Assembly (NCBI GenBank): GCA_028285065.1
Contig: JANQQG010000086.1
Coordinates: 1-56,391, forward strand
DNA: 56,391 bases
Direction: 5' to 3'
Source of the DNA: Phycisphaerales bacterium
Lineage (GTDB): Bacteria > Planctomycetota > Phycisphaerae > Phycisphaerales > UBA1924
The notes beneath the pieces are model-generated. The model did not search any database, had not been told where the DNA came from, and saw only the letters and a list, made by a program, of their open reading frames with translations. The first letter of the stretch is position 1. Each line of letters begins with the position of its first letter. Positions 20,897 to 30,502 of this stretch are shown here, piece by piece. The position numbers and the translations under genes are program-made.

Positions 20897-22713
20897 CAGC
20901 CCATCTCCTTGATGATGTCGCTCAGTTCGGTCGGCATGGTCGGGATCTCGCGGCGCTCGACGGTCATCTCGCCGTCGGGACCGCGCTTGGTGATGGTGTT
21001 GTGGTTGGCGTGGGCCTCGTCCTTGGCGGGGAAGTCCTCTCGGAAGTGGGCGCCGCGGCTCTCCTTGCGGTCCATGCCACTCCGGGCGACAGCTTCCGAG
21101 ACGACCATCAGGTTGTGCAGGTCGACCGAGGTGTGCCACCCGGGGTTGTACTCACGGTTCCCGGGCACTGCGGTGTTCTGTGCTTTGGTGCGCAGGGCCG
21201 CGATCGACTCGACCGCTTCGCCCATCTCGTTCTGCGTGCGCACGATGCCGACCTTGTCCTGCATCATCTCTTGCAGCGAGGCCTGCACCTCGTACGGGCT
21301 CTCGCCGTGCTCGCGCTCCATCGGCTCGAGCGCGGCGCGGCAGGCGGCCTGCACCTGCCCCTCGTCCACCGTCGGCGACGGGTTCTGCTTCGCCCACTTG
21401 ACGGCGTGCTCGCCGGCGAGCTTGCCGAACACGACGAGGTCCGAAAGCGAGTTGCCGCCGAGCCGATTGGCGCCGTGCAGTCCGGCGGCGACCTCGCCGC
21501 AGGCGAACAGGCCGTTGACGGTGGACATCTGCGTCTCGCCATCGACGTTGACGCCGCCCATGGCGTAGTGGGTCGTTGGTCCGACTTCCATGGGGTCCTT
21601 GGTGATGTCGACGCCGGCGAGCTGCTTGAACTGGTGGTACATGCTCGGCAGCTTCTTGCGGATGTGGGCGTCGGCCTTGGACATCTTCTCCTTGATCCAG
21701 GCGATGTCGAGGAAGACGCCGCCGTGCGGGCTGCCGCGCCCTTCGCGGATCTCTCGCACGATGCAGCGTGCGACGTGGTCGCGTGTGAGCAGTTCGGGTG
21801 GGCGCTGCGCGTCCTTGTCGCCGGTGACGTAGCGCCAGCCCTCCTCGGGGTCGGAGGCAGTCTGGTTCTTGTAGAGGTCGGGGATGTCGTCGAACATGAA
21901 GCGGCGGCCTTCGCTGTTGCGCAGCACGCCGCCCTCGCCACGAACACCCTCGGTCACCAGGATCCCTCGCACGGAGGGTGGCCAGACCATGCCGGTCGGA
22001 TGGAACTGGACGAACTCCATGTCCTTGAGCTCGGCGCCGGCACGGTATGCGAGCGCGTGCCCGTCGCCGGTGTACTCCCAGGAGTTGGACGTGATCTTGA
22101 ACGCTCGCCCGATGCCTCCGGTTGCCAGCACGACCGCGGGTGCCTTCCAGACGTGGAAGCGGCCCTTCTCTCGCTCGTACCCGACGGCTCCGGCGACTCG
22201 GTCGCCGTCCATCAGGATCTCGAGCACCGTGTACTCCATGTAGAACTCGATGCCCTGATGGATGCCGTGGTCCTGGAGGGTTCGGATCATCTCCAGCCCG
22301 GTGCGGTCCCCGACGTGGGCGAGGCGCGGGTACTTGTGCCCCCCGAAGTTGCGCTGGAGGATCTTGCCGTCGCGCGTGCGATCAAAGATTGCGCCCCAGG
22401 CTTCGAGCTCGCGGACGCGATCGGCCGCTTGCTGGGCGTGGACCTGGGCCATGCGCCAGTTGTTGAGGTACTGCCCGCCGCGCATGGTGTCGGAGAAGTG
22501 GACGCGCCAGTTGTCGCGGTCGTCGACGTTGCCCATCGAGGCGGCCATCCCGCCCTCGGCCATGACGGTGTGGGCCTTTCCGAGCAGCGACTTGCAGACC
22601 ACGCCGACGTTGACGCCCGTGGACGCGGCCTCGATCGCGGCACGGAGCCCCGCGCCGCCGGCGCCGATGAGGAGCACCTCGTGTTCATGGGTGACGCATT
22701 CGGGGGTGCCCAT
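20896..22713 (-). CDS. sdhA: succinate dehydrogenase / fumarate reductase flavoprotein subunit
   Basis: Contains VLLIGAGGAGLRAAIEA (FAD-binding GxGxxG), FVQFHPTG and GLFACGEVA..LHGANRLGGNSL. Confidence 0.95.
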   Translation of the reverse strand: MGTPECVTHEHEVLLIGAGGAGLRAAIEAASTGVNVGVVCKSLLGKAHTVMAEGGMAASMGNVDDRDNWRVHFSDTMRGGQYLNNWRMAQVHAQQAADRVRELEAWGAIFDRTRDGKILQRNFGGHKYPRLAHVGDRTGLEMIRTLQDHGIHQGIEFYMEYTVLEILMDGDRVAGAVGYEREKGRFHVWKAPAVVLATGGIGRAFKITSNSWEYTGDGHALAYRAGAELKDMEFVQFHPTGMVWPPSVRGILVTEGVRGEGGVLRNSEGRRFMFDDIPDLYKNQTASDPEEGWRYVTGDKDAQRPPELLTRDHVARCIVREIREGRGSPHGGVFLDIAWIKEKMSKADAHIRKKLPSMYHQFKQLAGVDITKDPMEVGPTTHYAMGGVNVDGETQMSTVNGLFACGEVAAGLHGANRLGGNSLSDLVVFGKLAGEHAVKWAKQNPSPTVDEGQVQAACRAALEPMEREHGESPYEVQASLQEMMQDKVGIVRTQNEMGEAVESIAALRTKAQNTAVPGNREYNPGWHTSVDLHNLMVVSEAVARSGMDRKESRGAHFREDFPAKDEAHANHNTITKRGPDGEMTVERREIPTMPTELSDIIKEMG

Positions 22714-23534
22714 CAGAAGATGATCCTCAGGTCAGTGATGTAGCCCATCGAGAGCAGGCGGACGTAGACGTCGGTGAGCGCGACCCAGATCAGGCTGACC
22801 CATGCCCAGTACATGTGGCGCTTGTTCAGCGCGCTCACACACCCGTAGCACTTGGCGCGGATCGGGCGCTTGGCAAGCGAGTTCAGGAACCCGCCGATCT
22901 GGTGGCGTGCGCAGTGGCAGCCGAACGTGTACCCGCCGAGCAGCAGCGCGTTCATGATCAGGATCACCGAGCCGACACCGATCCCGAACTCGGTCGAGCC
23001 ATCCGCGGCGGTAAACCAGAGTGCCTTGTACCCGTCGTACAGCAGGACCAGGACGAACGCTGCCGCCGGGTAGAAGACGTAGCGGTGGATGTTCTGCATG
23101 ATGAGCGGGAAGGAGTTCTCGCCGCGATAGCCCTTGCGGGGCTCACCGACCCCGCAGGCGAGCGGGTCGGCCCAGAATGACTTGTAGTAGGCGCCGCGGT
23201 AGTAGTAGCAGGTGAAACGCATCAGCCCGGGCCCGACAAGGATCAGCATCGCGGGCGAGAACGGGATGAACGACGGCCACCAACTCGGGATGCCCTGGGC
23301 GATCCAGTACGGCTCGTGCGCGGCCCCATAGAGCAGTGGCGAGTAGAAGGGCGAGAGGTAGTGCTCACCGTTGGCGTGCGCGAAGTAGTGCTCGCCCTGC
23401 AGGGCCGCCCACGTCGTGTACACGACGAAGGCGCTGAGCACGAGGAAGACGACCAGCGGCTGGAGCCACCACTTGTCCGTCCGGGCGGTGCTCCCCATCC
23501 CCCGCTGCGGCAGATGCAGGTCTTCTCGCGACAT
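22713..23534 (-). CDS. sdhC: succinate dehydrogenase / fumarate reductase membrane anchor (single large cytochrome-b-type subunit)
   Basis: 273 aa from the ATG at 23534 (MSREDLHLPQ). Several TM helices with conserved His residues. Its stop overlaps the sdhA start (TGATG). The upstream part of ORF 22713..24272 is shadow sequence over pdxH. Confidence 0.7.
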   Translation of the reverse strand: MSREDLHLPQRGMGSTARTDKWWLQPLVVFLVLSAFVVYTTWAALQGEHYFAHANGEHYLSPFYSPLLYGAAHEPYWIAQGIPSWWPSFIPFSPAMLILVGPGLMRFTCYYYRGAYYKSFWADPLACGVGEPRKGYRGENSFPLIMQNIHRYVFYPAAAFVLVLLYDGYKALWFTAADGSTEFGIGVGSVILIMNALLLGGYTFGCHCARHQIGGFLNSLAKRPIRAKCYGCVSALNKRHMYWAWVSLIWVALTDVYVRLLSMGYITDLRIIF

Positions 23535-23653
23535 CCGATCCTCCGATGGGTGTGATCGGGCGTCGAGAGTGTACAGAAACACGCATCGGGATCGAAGAGG
23601 CGTGTTGAGACACGGTGTGACGACGCCCCGCAGTCCCTCCCCTCGGGGGGGCG

Positions 23654-24316
23654 TCAAGGCGCGAGTCGACTCACGCTCCAGGCGCTCGCGTCCTGGTCGC
23701 GCGTCCATCGGGCGCGGTCGTGTAAGCGACCCGATCGTGCGGACCACAACTCGACCGAGTTGATCAGGATCCGGTAGCCGCCCCAGTGGGGAGGGCGCTC
23801 GAGTTCGCCACAGAGTGCGCTGCGTGTGCCCAGCTTGATGGCGTCGGAGACGAGGCGCTGTCTCGAGGTGATCTCCCGGCTCTGTGGGCTGACGGCAGCG
23901 CCGATGCGCGACAGCAGCGGTCTCGTTCGGAAGTAGGCGTCGCTCTCTTCCGGCGTCGATCGTACGACGGTGCCCTCGATGCGAGCCTGGCGCTTCTCGT
24001 GAGCCCAGTGGAACACGCCCGCCGCGTGCGGGTTCGCCTCGAGCTCTCGCCCCTTGCGGCTCTCGTAGCTGGTGTAGAACACGAGCGCCGCGGGTGAGGT
24101 CTCGATCTCTTTGCAGAGCACGATCCTCGCGGACGGCACCCCGTCGGGTGTCGCCGTGGCGAGCGCCATGGCATTGGGGTCGTCGTAGCGCTCGTTGCGC
24201 CGTGCCTGCTCGAACCAATCGACGAGCAGCGCCATGGGGCCGGGCGGGAGTGCCTCGGGCAAGTCGTCGCAAGTGACGAGCCCGGTCAGCGAGTCAATCA
24301 AGGATCGGTGCGCCAT
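23654..24316 (-). CDS. pdxH: pyridoxamine 5'-phosphate oxidase
   Basis: Contains NAMALATATPDGVPSARIVLCK, YTSYESRKGRELEANP, RIEG, YFRTRP and WGGYRI...ELW. Confidence 0.9.
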   Translation of the reverse strand: MAHRSLIDSLTGLVTCDDLPEALPPGPMALLVDWFEQARRNERYDDPNAMALATATPDGVPSARIVLCKEIETSPAALVFYTSYESRKGRELEANPHAAGVFHWAHEKRQARIEGTVVRSTPEESDAYFRTRPLLSRIGAAVSPQSREITSRQRLVSDAIKLGTRSALCGELERPPHWGGYRILINSVELWSARSGRLHDRARWTRDQDASAWSVSRLAP

Positions 24317-24325
24317 CGCGGTGGT

Positions 24326-26260
24326 TCAGTCGCACCCCGCCGGCTGGGCGAAGAAGCAGTTGACGAAGTCGAACCAGTCCTGGGGATTCTCGAAGCCGTC
24401 CTCGTTGAAGTCGGACTGACCTTGCGGTCCGGCCTGCGAGAAAAAGTCGTTGACGAAGTCGAAGAAGTCAGTGTCGTTCATGAAGCCGTCGTCGTTCCAG
24501 TCGCAGGGGCAGACCGGTCCCGGGACGGTGAACTCGATCATCTCCTTGAGATGGCCGAAGTGGGGGGGCGCGATGTCGGCGAGTGGGCGCCCGTGCCCGT
24601 CCTCGGTCCAACCCTTCAGGTCCACCAGTGCGCGGAAGGCGCGCCGGTAGATCAACCGGGCGCGAACGTGAACGTCGCCGGTCCCTTGCGGCACCGCGAA
24701 CTCGTACGTGCTCCGATCAACCGCGAACGCGGGCAAGCGTGTGTCGAAGACCAGCTCGGCTGCGTCGGTGAAGAACGTCGGCCCGTTGCCGTGCGCATCA
24801 CGGATGAACTTGGCGAAGAGGCGTCCCGGGAGTCCGGCGTAGTAGCCCTGCTCCGGGTCGCCGACGCCGCCGAGCGCGTGGACCGTTGGCCCGGTGACGA
24901 ACTGGAGGGGCTCACCGTCGGACTCACGCCATGCTTCGACCAGCAGGATCATGTTGCGGACGGTGACGCCCGTGGGGACGTGGTGCCCGGTGTGCGCGTT
25001 GTCGACCTCGACCTGGATCTTCAGCGCACCCGACTCCAGCACGTAGTCGGCCGAGAGTTCGACGGCGTTCTCGAGGAACTCGGGCGTCGTCCCTCGGATG
25101 TCATGCGACCGGATCGTCTGCGGGTCGCGCTCGACCGGGGCGAGCGCACAGGCGGTCGTTGCGCCGGTGGGCGGCATGTGGCAGTCGACGCACGTCTTGT
25201 AGTGGATGGACTCGGGGTTGCCGTAGGGCGACTCGACCCATTCGGTGTAGGTCGGTTCCGAGGTGATCCCGCTGTAGGTGTGGTCCTCGTGGGGATCGTT
25301 CTTGTCCTGGTGGCATGCGCCGCATGCCTCGGCGAGCAGCTGCGGCTGGTAGGAGGGTTCCATCACGCCCTGCGCGTGGTACGAGGAATCACCCCACACG
25401 CCGTACATGACCTGCTCGCCCGGGGCCGGACGGACGAAGTCAACGGCGCCCGGGAAGATCCCGGGGAAGTCGATCTTCTCGACGTCGACCGACGCCATCT
25501 TGTGGCACGTCTCGCACGAGATGCCGTGCAGCACCGCCGTCGACGGGTAGCCTGGGTCGTTCGGCGTGAGCATGGCGCTGAACGGCTGTTCGATCCAGAC
25601 CTCGGGCTGGTGGCACGCGGCGCACTCCGAGGCGAGGTTCGTGTCGGCGAACTCGGAGTCGCGCGTGTAGACGAAGCCGCCCATGCCACCGGGCGTGCCA
25701 TCCCCGTCGTAGAGGTCGTGCAGCCAGGTGTTGATCCCGCCCCGCGCCATCGGCGAGTTGGTCCACTGGTTGACCTGTTCCTGGTGGCAGGTCGTGCATG
25801 CGAGTGGATCGAGGAACTGGTACGACGGATGGTCGACGGAGGGCGTCGAACTGAGGGTGAAGTCCATCACAGCGTTGCCGACGAACGTCTGGCCCGAGTT
25901 GAGGTGCCCGACGGCCGCTGCCACGATCATCGAGCCCTGGTCGCCCGGGATGGTCAGCGAGTAGCTTCCGTCCGGCGCCGTGACTGCCCGCATGCGGCTG
26001 GCCTGGAGCGTGACGATCGCGCCCTCGAGTGGGGTGCCGTCGTCCGCCCGGACGATGCCTGTGATCTCGACGCTCGGCCCGCGCATGTCTGGCGCCGCGC
26101 CGAGCCCGTGTGCCCACGCGAGTGAAAACAGGCCCGAGAGCACCCCGAGCGCCACGAGGGCGAGCACAGCCGATGGGATCGCGGCGCCCCTTCCAGTGCG
26201 ACTCGCTGTTCGAGTCGGGAGGTCGAGAGACTCGGCCATCTCGCGGGGGGCGGGTTGCAT
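24326..26260 (-). CDS. secreted pentaheme c-type cytochrome with N-terminal CarboxypepD_reg-like domain and C-terminal dockerin-like tail
   Basis: GGAG lies 7 nt upstream of the ATG at 26260. Signal peptide AVLALVALGVLSGLFSLAWA. Five CxxCH motifs: CTTCH, CAACH, CETCH, CGACH, CVDCH. The tail has two D-x-N-x-D-G...D.F.F repeats and ends in AGCD. Confidence 0.85.
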   Translation of the reverse strand: MQPAPREMAESLDLPTRTASRTGRGAAIPSAVLALVALGVLSGLFSLAWAHGLGAAPDMRGPSVEITGIVRADDGTPLEGAIVTLQASRMRAVTAPDGSYSLTIPGDQGSMIVAAAVGHLNSGQTFVGNAVMDFTLSSTPSVDHPSYQFLDPLACTTCHQEQVNQWTNSPMARGGINTWLHDLYDGDGTPGGMGGFVYTRDSEFADTNLASECAACHQPEVWIEQPFSAMLTPNDPGYPSTAVLHGISCETCHKMASVDVEKIDFPGIFPGAVDFVRPAPGEQVMYGVWGDSSYHAQGVMEPSYQPQLLAEACGACHQDKNDPHEDHTYSGITSEPTYTEWVESPYGNPESIHYKTCVDCHMPPTGATTACALAPVERDPQTIRSHDIRGTTPEFLENAVELSADYVLESGALKIQVEVDNAHTGHHVPTGVTVRNMILLVEAWRESDGEPLQFVTGPTVHALGGVGDPEQGYYAGLPGRLFAKFIRDAHGNGPTFFTDAAELVFDTRLPAFAVDRSTYEFAVPQGTGDVHVRARLIYRRAFRALVDLKGWTEDGHGRPLADIAPPHFGHLKEMIEFTVPGPVCPCDWNDDGFMNDTDFFDFVNDFFSQAGPQGQSDFNEDGFENPQDWFDFVNCFFAQPAGCD

Positions 26261-26507
26261 GATCAGGCTCCGTTCTGCCCGGGCGTAACCGAACAAATCG
26301 ATCCAGAACTCCACTACTACCACCACCTGGCCTGAGGGACAAGAAAAAATCCTGTTCTACAGGAACATCCCCGGCGAGGCGATGAGCCCTTGAGATGCGA
26401 AGGGTGGGGGGGCTCATCCACGGAAGGGTGGGTGTCCGGATCCCAACAAGTGTCGAGCGCGAGGCGAAGCAGCCGACCCAGAACACATCTCGGAGTGACT
26501 CGAACAG

Positions 26508-27116
26508 ATGGAAACCGCCATCGGCATCATGATCGCGGTGGGCCTGGCGGCCGCCTGCGGGTTCCGCATCTTCGTGCCCCCGCTCGTCGTCGGGGTCGCG
26601 CACATGCTGGGCTGGGTCGAGCTCGCGTCGGGTATGGAGTGGATCGGCTCGCCGGTCGCCGTGACGTGCTTCGCGGTCGCGACCTGCGTCGAGGTGGCGG
26701 CGTATCTGATCCCGGTCGTCAACAACGCGCTCGATGTTGTGACCACACCAGCCGCAGTCGTTGCGGGAACGGTCGTCGCGAGCAGCACGCTCGTCGAGCT
26801 CTCGCCGTTCATCCAGTGGACGCTCGCTGCGATCGCGGCCGCGACGGTGACGGGTTCGATTCAGGTTGCGTCGGCGTCTGGTCGTGCCGCGACAACGACC
26901 ACGACGGCGGGCGCCGGGAGCCCGGTGTTCTCGTTCATCGAGACGATCGGCTCGGTGATCACGGCGGTCCTCGCCGTGCTGCTTCCGATCGTGGCGGCGA
27001 TCCTGGTCCTGCTGCTGCTCGGCGCGGCCACCTGGATCCTCCTGAAGGTGCGCCGCTGGCGTCGCGCTCGGGTGAAAGCGGCGGAGGGGACCAGTTCCCC
27101 TGAACCGTCGGATTGA
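26508..27116 (+). CDS. DUF4126-like integral membrane protein
   Basis: Contains METAIGIMIAVGLAAACGFRIFVPPLVVG and several further TM segments. Basic C-terminal tail. Confidence 0.65.
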   Translation: METAIGIMIAVGLAAACGFRIFVPPLVVGVAHMLGWVELASGMEWIGSPVAVTCFAVATCVEVAAYLIPVVNNALDVVTTPAAVVAGTVVASSTLVELSPFIQWTLAAIAAATVTGSIQVASASGRAATTTTTAGAGSPVFSFIETIGSVITAVLAVLLPIVAAILVLLLLGAATWILLKVRRWRRARVKAAEGTSSPEPSD

Positions 27117-27136
27117 GTCCCGCGAATCGTCCTGTG

Positions 27137-27403
27137 ATGGGTGATCTCAAGAGCGCGAAGCTGATGTACCTCAAGGGAGCATTGCTGCTCCTGGCGGCGC
27201 TGCTCGCTTCGGCGCTCTTGATCGCAGAGAAGCCGACGCTGCGTGTCGTCGTGCTGTTGTGCATCGCGGTGTGGGGGTTCTGCCGTGCGTACTACTTCGC
27301 GTTCTACGTGATCGAGCATTGGATCGATCCGTCGCGTCGGTACGCGGGTCTGTGGGACTTCGCAACACGTGGGTTGGAGCGGCGCCGCGCAGAGCGCGAG
27401 TGA
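27137..27403 (+). CDS. small two-TM membrane protein, unknown function
   Basis: Contains MGDLKSAKLMYLKGALLLLAALLASALLI and VVVLLCIAVWGFCRAYYFAFYVIEHWIDP. An alternative TTG start at 27113 overlaps the previous stop. Confidence 0.55.
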   Translation: MGDLKSAKLMYLKGALLLLAALLASALLIAEKPTLRVVVLLCIAVWGFCRAYYFAFYVIEHWIDPSRRYAGLWDFATRGLERRRAERE

Positions 27404-27585
27404 GAATCGGTTGCACCGGCGGGCGCTGATCGAGCGCCGGGCCCGCTTATCGGCTCCGAAACTCGCCTGAGTCGAGCACCGCTATGTGGGGGGGCGATGG
27501 CGCACCTCTAGGACCGCATCGGGCGGATCGGTAGACTCCTCTTCACTGCCCTGATTGGGCCCGGGGCGCGTGGAGCGAGGCCGCG

Positions 27586-28995
27586 ATGCTGTTCAACAGT
27601 GTGTTGTTCCTGGGGTTCTTCGCGGCCGTGTACCTGCTGTACGTGGTCCTGCAGCGCCGGCTGACGCTCCAGAACCTGATGCTGCTTGGCGCGAGCTACG
27701 CGTTCTACGCGGCGTGGGACTACCGCTTCCTGGCGTTGATCATCGGGTCGACGGTTGTGGACTTCACGGTCGCGCGCCTGATCCACGCGAGCGAGTCGCA
27801 GCGCAAGCGCAAGGCGCTGCTGATGGTCAGCCTGACGTACGACCTCGGCGTGCTCGCCTTCTTCAAGTACGCGGACTTCGGGATTCAGTCGTTCGCGGCA
27901 TTGATGGAGTCGCTCGGCTTCGAGGCGCACGTCAGCACGCTGCGGATCATCCTGCCGGTCGGGATCTCGTTCTACACCTTCCAGGCGATCAGCTACACGG
28001 TAGACGTGTACCGGCGCGACAAGGAGCCGGTGAAGAAGCTGCGCGACTTCGCGCTGTATGTGGCGTTCTTCCCGCAGCTTGTCGCGGGCCCGATCGAGCG
28101 GGCGACGCACCTGCTTCCGCAGGTCGAGCGGGCGCGTCGGATCCGGATGGATGACATCCGCGTCGGGATCGCGTGGATCTGCCTCGGGTACTTCAAGAAG
28201 GTCGTGATCGCCGACTCGGTCGCGCCGATGGTCGACAGCGCGTTCGACAACCCCAACGAGGTGACCGGCCTGGTCGCGTTCCTCGCGCTGGTGGGGTTTG
28301 CCGTGCAGATCTACGGGGATTTCTCGGGGTACTCGCTGATCGCGCGTGGTTTGGCCCGGCTGATGGGCTTTGACATCATGCAGAACTTCAAGCGCCCGTA
28401 CCTTGCGCGCAACCCGCGTGAGTTCTGGCGCCGGTGGCATCTGAGCCTCTCGTTCTGGCTCCGCGACTACCTGTACAAGCCGCTCGGTGGGAACAGGAAG
28501 GGACGCGTGCGCACCGAGGTCAACCTGATGATCACGATGTTCCTCGGCGGGCTGTGGCATGGCGCGGCCTGGAACTTCGTCATCTGGGGCGTCTACCACG
28601 GGGCGCTGCTGGTCGCATGCAACCTGCTGGGCATGAAGGGCAAGCCGCCGAAGCGATCGCTCCCGATCGTCGTGCTCCAGATCAGCGTGACGTTCATCTT
28701 CACGCTGATCGGGTGGTTGCTCTTCCGCGTGAGCGACATGGGCCAGGCGTGGGACATCTTCGTCAACATCCTCACGAACTTCGTCTGGAGCGATGAGGCG
28801 TGGAGCTACCTCGTGCCGACGCTGGCGGCGCTCGGCGCGCTCCAGGCGTACCACATCTGGCAGGAGGCCGCCGACGACGAGTTGGTGATCATGCGGGCGC
28901 CGCGCGTGGTGCGCTGGGCGATCCTGCTGTTCTGCGTGCTCTGCATCGTCGGCGTGGGCTTCCGGCCGGCGCCGTTCGTGTACTTCCAGTTCTAG
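27586..28995 (+). CDS. MBOAT family O-acyltransferase (AlgI/DltB-like)
   Basis: Contains MLFNSVLFLGFF, GISFYTFQAISYTVDVYR, FFPQLVAGPIER and RRWHLSLSFWLRDYLY.PLGG....N.....LGGLWHG (conserved His). Confidence 0.9.
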   Translation: MLFNSVLFLGFFAAVYLLYVVLQRRLTLQNLMLLGASYAFYAAWDYRFLALIIGSTVVDFTVARLIHASESQRKRKALLMVSLTYDLGVLAFFKYADFGIQSFAALMESLGFEAHVSTLRIILPVGISFYTFQAISYTVDVYRRDKEPVKKLRDFALYVAFFPQLVAGPIERATHLLPQVERARRIRMDDIRVGIAWICLGYFKKVVIADSVAPMVDSAFDNPNEVTGLVAFLALVGFAVQIYGDFSGYSLIARGLARLMGFDIMQNFKRPYLARNPREFWRRWHLSLSFWLRDYLYKPLGGNRKGRVRTEVNLMITMFLGGLWHGAAWNFVIWGVYHGALLVACNLLGMKGKPPKRSLPIVVLQISVTFIFTLIGWLLFRVSDMGQAWDIFVNILTNFVWSDEAWSYLVPTLAALGALQAYHIWQEAADDELVIMRAPRVVRWAILLFCVLCIVGVGFRPAPFVYFQF

Positions 28996-29007
28996 GGGGA
29001 TTGAACC

Positions 29008-30066
29008 GTGCTTGCGAAGAACATCGGCGCGTTCGCCCTGGCCCTGATCATCGCGGTGATCGGCGCGGAGATCTTCCTCCGTCTGCTCGTGCCCGTCGAG
29101 ATCTTCCAGGCCACGTGGTTCAGCCGGGGTGTGCACACGCCCAACGACAAGTACGGGTACGTCTTCACGCCTGACTACGAGGGCATGATGCGCCATGCGG
29201 ACGGCGTGTGGTATGAGCCGATCACGCTCGACGGCCGTGGTATGCGCACCGCTGCGGGCACCGACAACCCCACCAACGTTCTGCTGCTTGGTGGACGATC
29301 GATGATGTTCTGCTACGGGGTCGCGGACGAAGACACGGTGCATCACGTCGTTGAGCGCGAGACCCAGTCCGACGTTCGGGTGGATGCCGTTGCGTGGCCC
29401 GGGTTCAACCTCAATCAGTCGTTCCACCTGTACCGCGACCTGGTTGAGCCGGAGTTTCCGCCGGATCTCGTGGTCATCTGCTGGTACCTGCCGGCCGCGC
29501 CGGTCGGGTGGGCCGATGCGCACACGGATCTGACCGAGCCGCAGGAGCCGCCGGATGCAGCGGAGATCTTCCACTTCATGGACGACCTGGTCGTCTCGTC
29601 GGACCGGCTGGGATTCGTCGGGCGGGCCATCGGCGCGCCCGTGTTTCGCAGCCGTGTGCTGTACGGCACGGTGCGCCAGGCAGGTCTTGCGGAGTCCAAC
29701 ATCGACCTCGTGACGGGCGCGATCCGCAAGCGAACGTCCGGGCGCCAGGACCAGCGGGCGAGGGCCGAGGAGGGGACCGAGCGGTTCCGGACCACCCTGA
29801 CCGGTCTGCGGGACTACTTCTTGGAGCGGGACGCCGAGGTACTCGTTGTCGTGATCCCCAACGGGGCGCGCTCGGCCCAGTGGTACGACCCGATGATGTG
29901 GATCGTTCCGGAGGGGATCGAGGTCTGGAACCTCCACAAGGAGCTGGCAGACAGCCTGGATTCGCGCGAGGACTTCTTGGCGAACCTGCACTACGCCCCC
30001 TCCGCGACGGAACTGATCGGCAAGCGGCTGGCGAAGCGGATCGACCAGATGCTCGGGTCCCGCTGA
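29008..30066 (+). CDS. membrane-anchored partner protein of the MBOAT (AlgJ/AlgX/DltD-position, SGNH-like?)
   Basis: GTG start lies 12 bp after the MBOAT stop. N-terminal TM (FALALIIAVIGAEIFL). The function is assigned from position only; I did not read catalytic motifs with confidence. Confidence 0.5.
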   Translation: MLAKNIGAFALALIIAVIGAEIFLRLLVPVEIFQATWFSRGVHTPNDKYGYVFTPDYEGMMRHADGVWYEPITLDGRGMRTAAGTDNPTNVLLLGGRSMMFCYGVADEDTVHHVVERETQSDVRVDAVAWPGFNLNQSFHLYRDLVEPEFPPDLVVICWYLPAAPVGWADAHTDLTEPQEPPDAAEIFHFMDDLVVSSDRLGFVGRAIGAPVFRSRVLYGTVRQAGLAESNIDLVTGAIRKRTSGRQDQRARAEEGTERFRTTLTGLRDYFLERDAEVLVVVIPNGARSAQWYDPMMWIVPEGIEVWNLHKELADSLDSREDFLANLHYAPSATELIGKRLAKRIDQMLGSR

Positions 30067-30502
30067 CCGGACCACCGTCCCGCACGACGACTTCAGTCGG
30101 TCGGGCTCTCGGTGCAGGATGCACGTGTTGTCGCGCTGGCGCGAGACGCTTGCCGCAGCTTCTACTCCGCGAGCCTGACTGTCTGGCGGGGCGTGCCCAG
30201 CGCGGCTCGGGATTCCGCTCGGCTCTGAACGGAGTCCGTAGGGACTTGGTGTGATGAACGATCCTGGAGCCGAACCTCCGCCCCGGTTTGAGCGGAGAGG
30301 AAGTGCCGCGTTGGCAGCCGTGGCGGGCGTTTCTGAGCCGTCGAGGTCGATACCTTATTCTTGTGACGCGGTTTGGCGGTCGGACCCGGAACTCGGAGTA
30401 CCCGGTCCGGTAGGACCCCACGACCCTTCCCTTGTCTTCGCCCCCTCCCGCTCGACCCGCTTCTCCTCCCCCCGATCCTCGTGACTGATCAGGAGACTGG
30501 CG

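Noticed and set aside
22713-24272. Long N-terminal extensions of track ORFs: 96..983, 4463..5608, 6672..7694, 10640..14071, 14706..15494, 17249..17800, 17287..18285, 19563..20720, 20123..21139, 22713..24272, 36624..40907 and 40912..44382.
   Set aside because: The extensions overlap neighbouring genes in another frame and look non-protein-like. Internal starts give stop/start overlaps (ATGA, TGATG) or good Shine-Dalgarno spacing, and coincide with the onset of recognisable family sequence.
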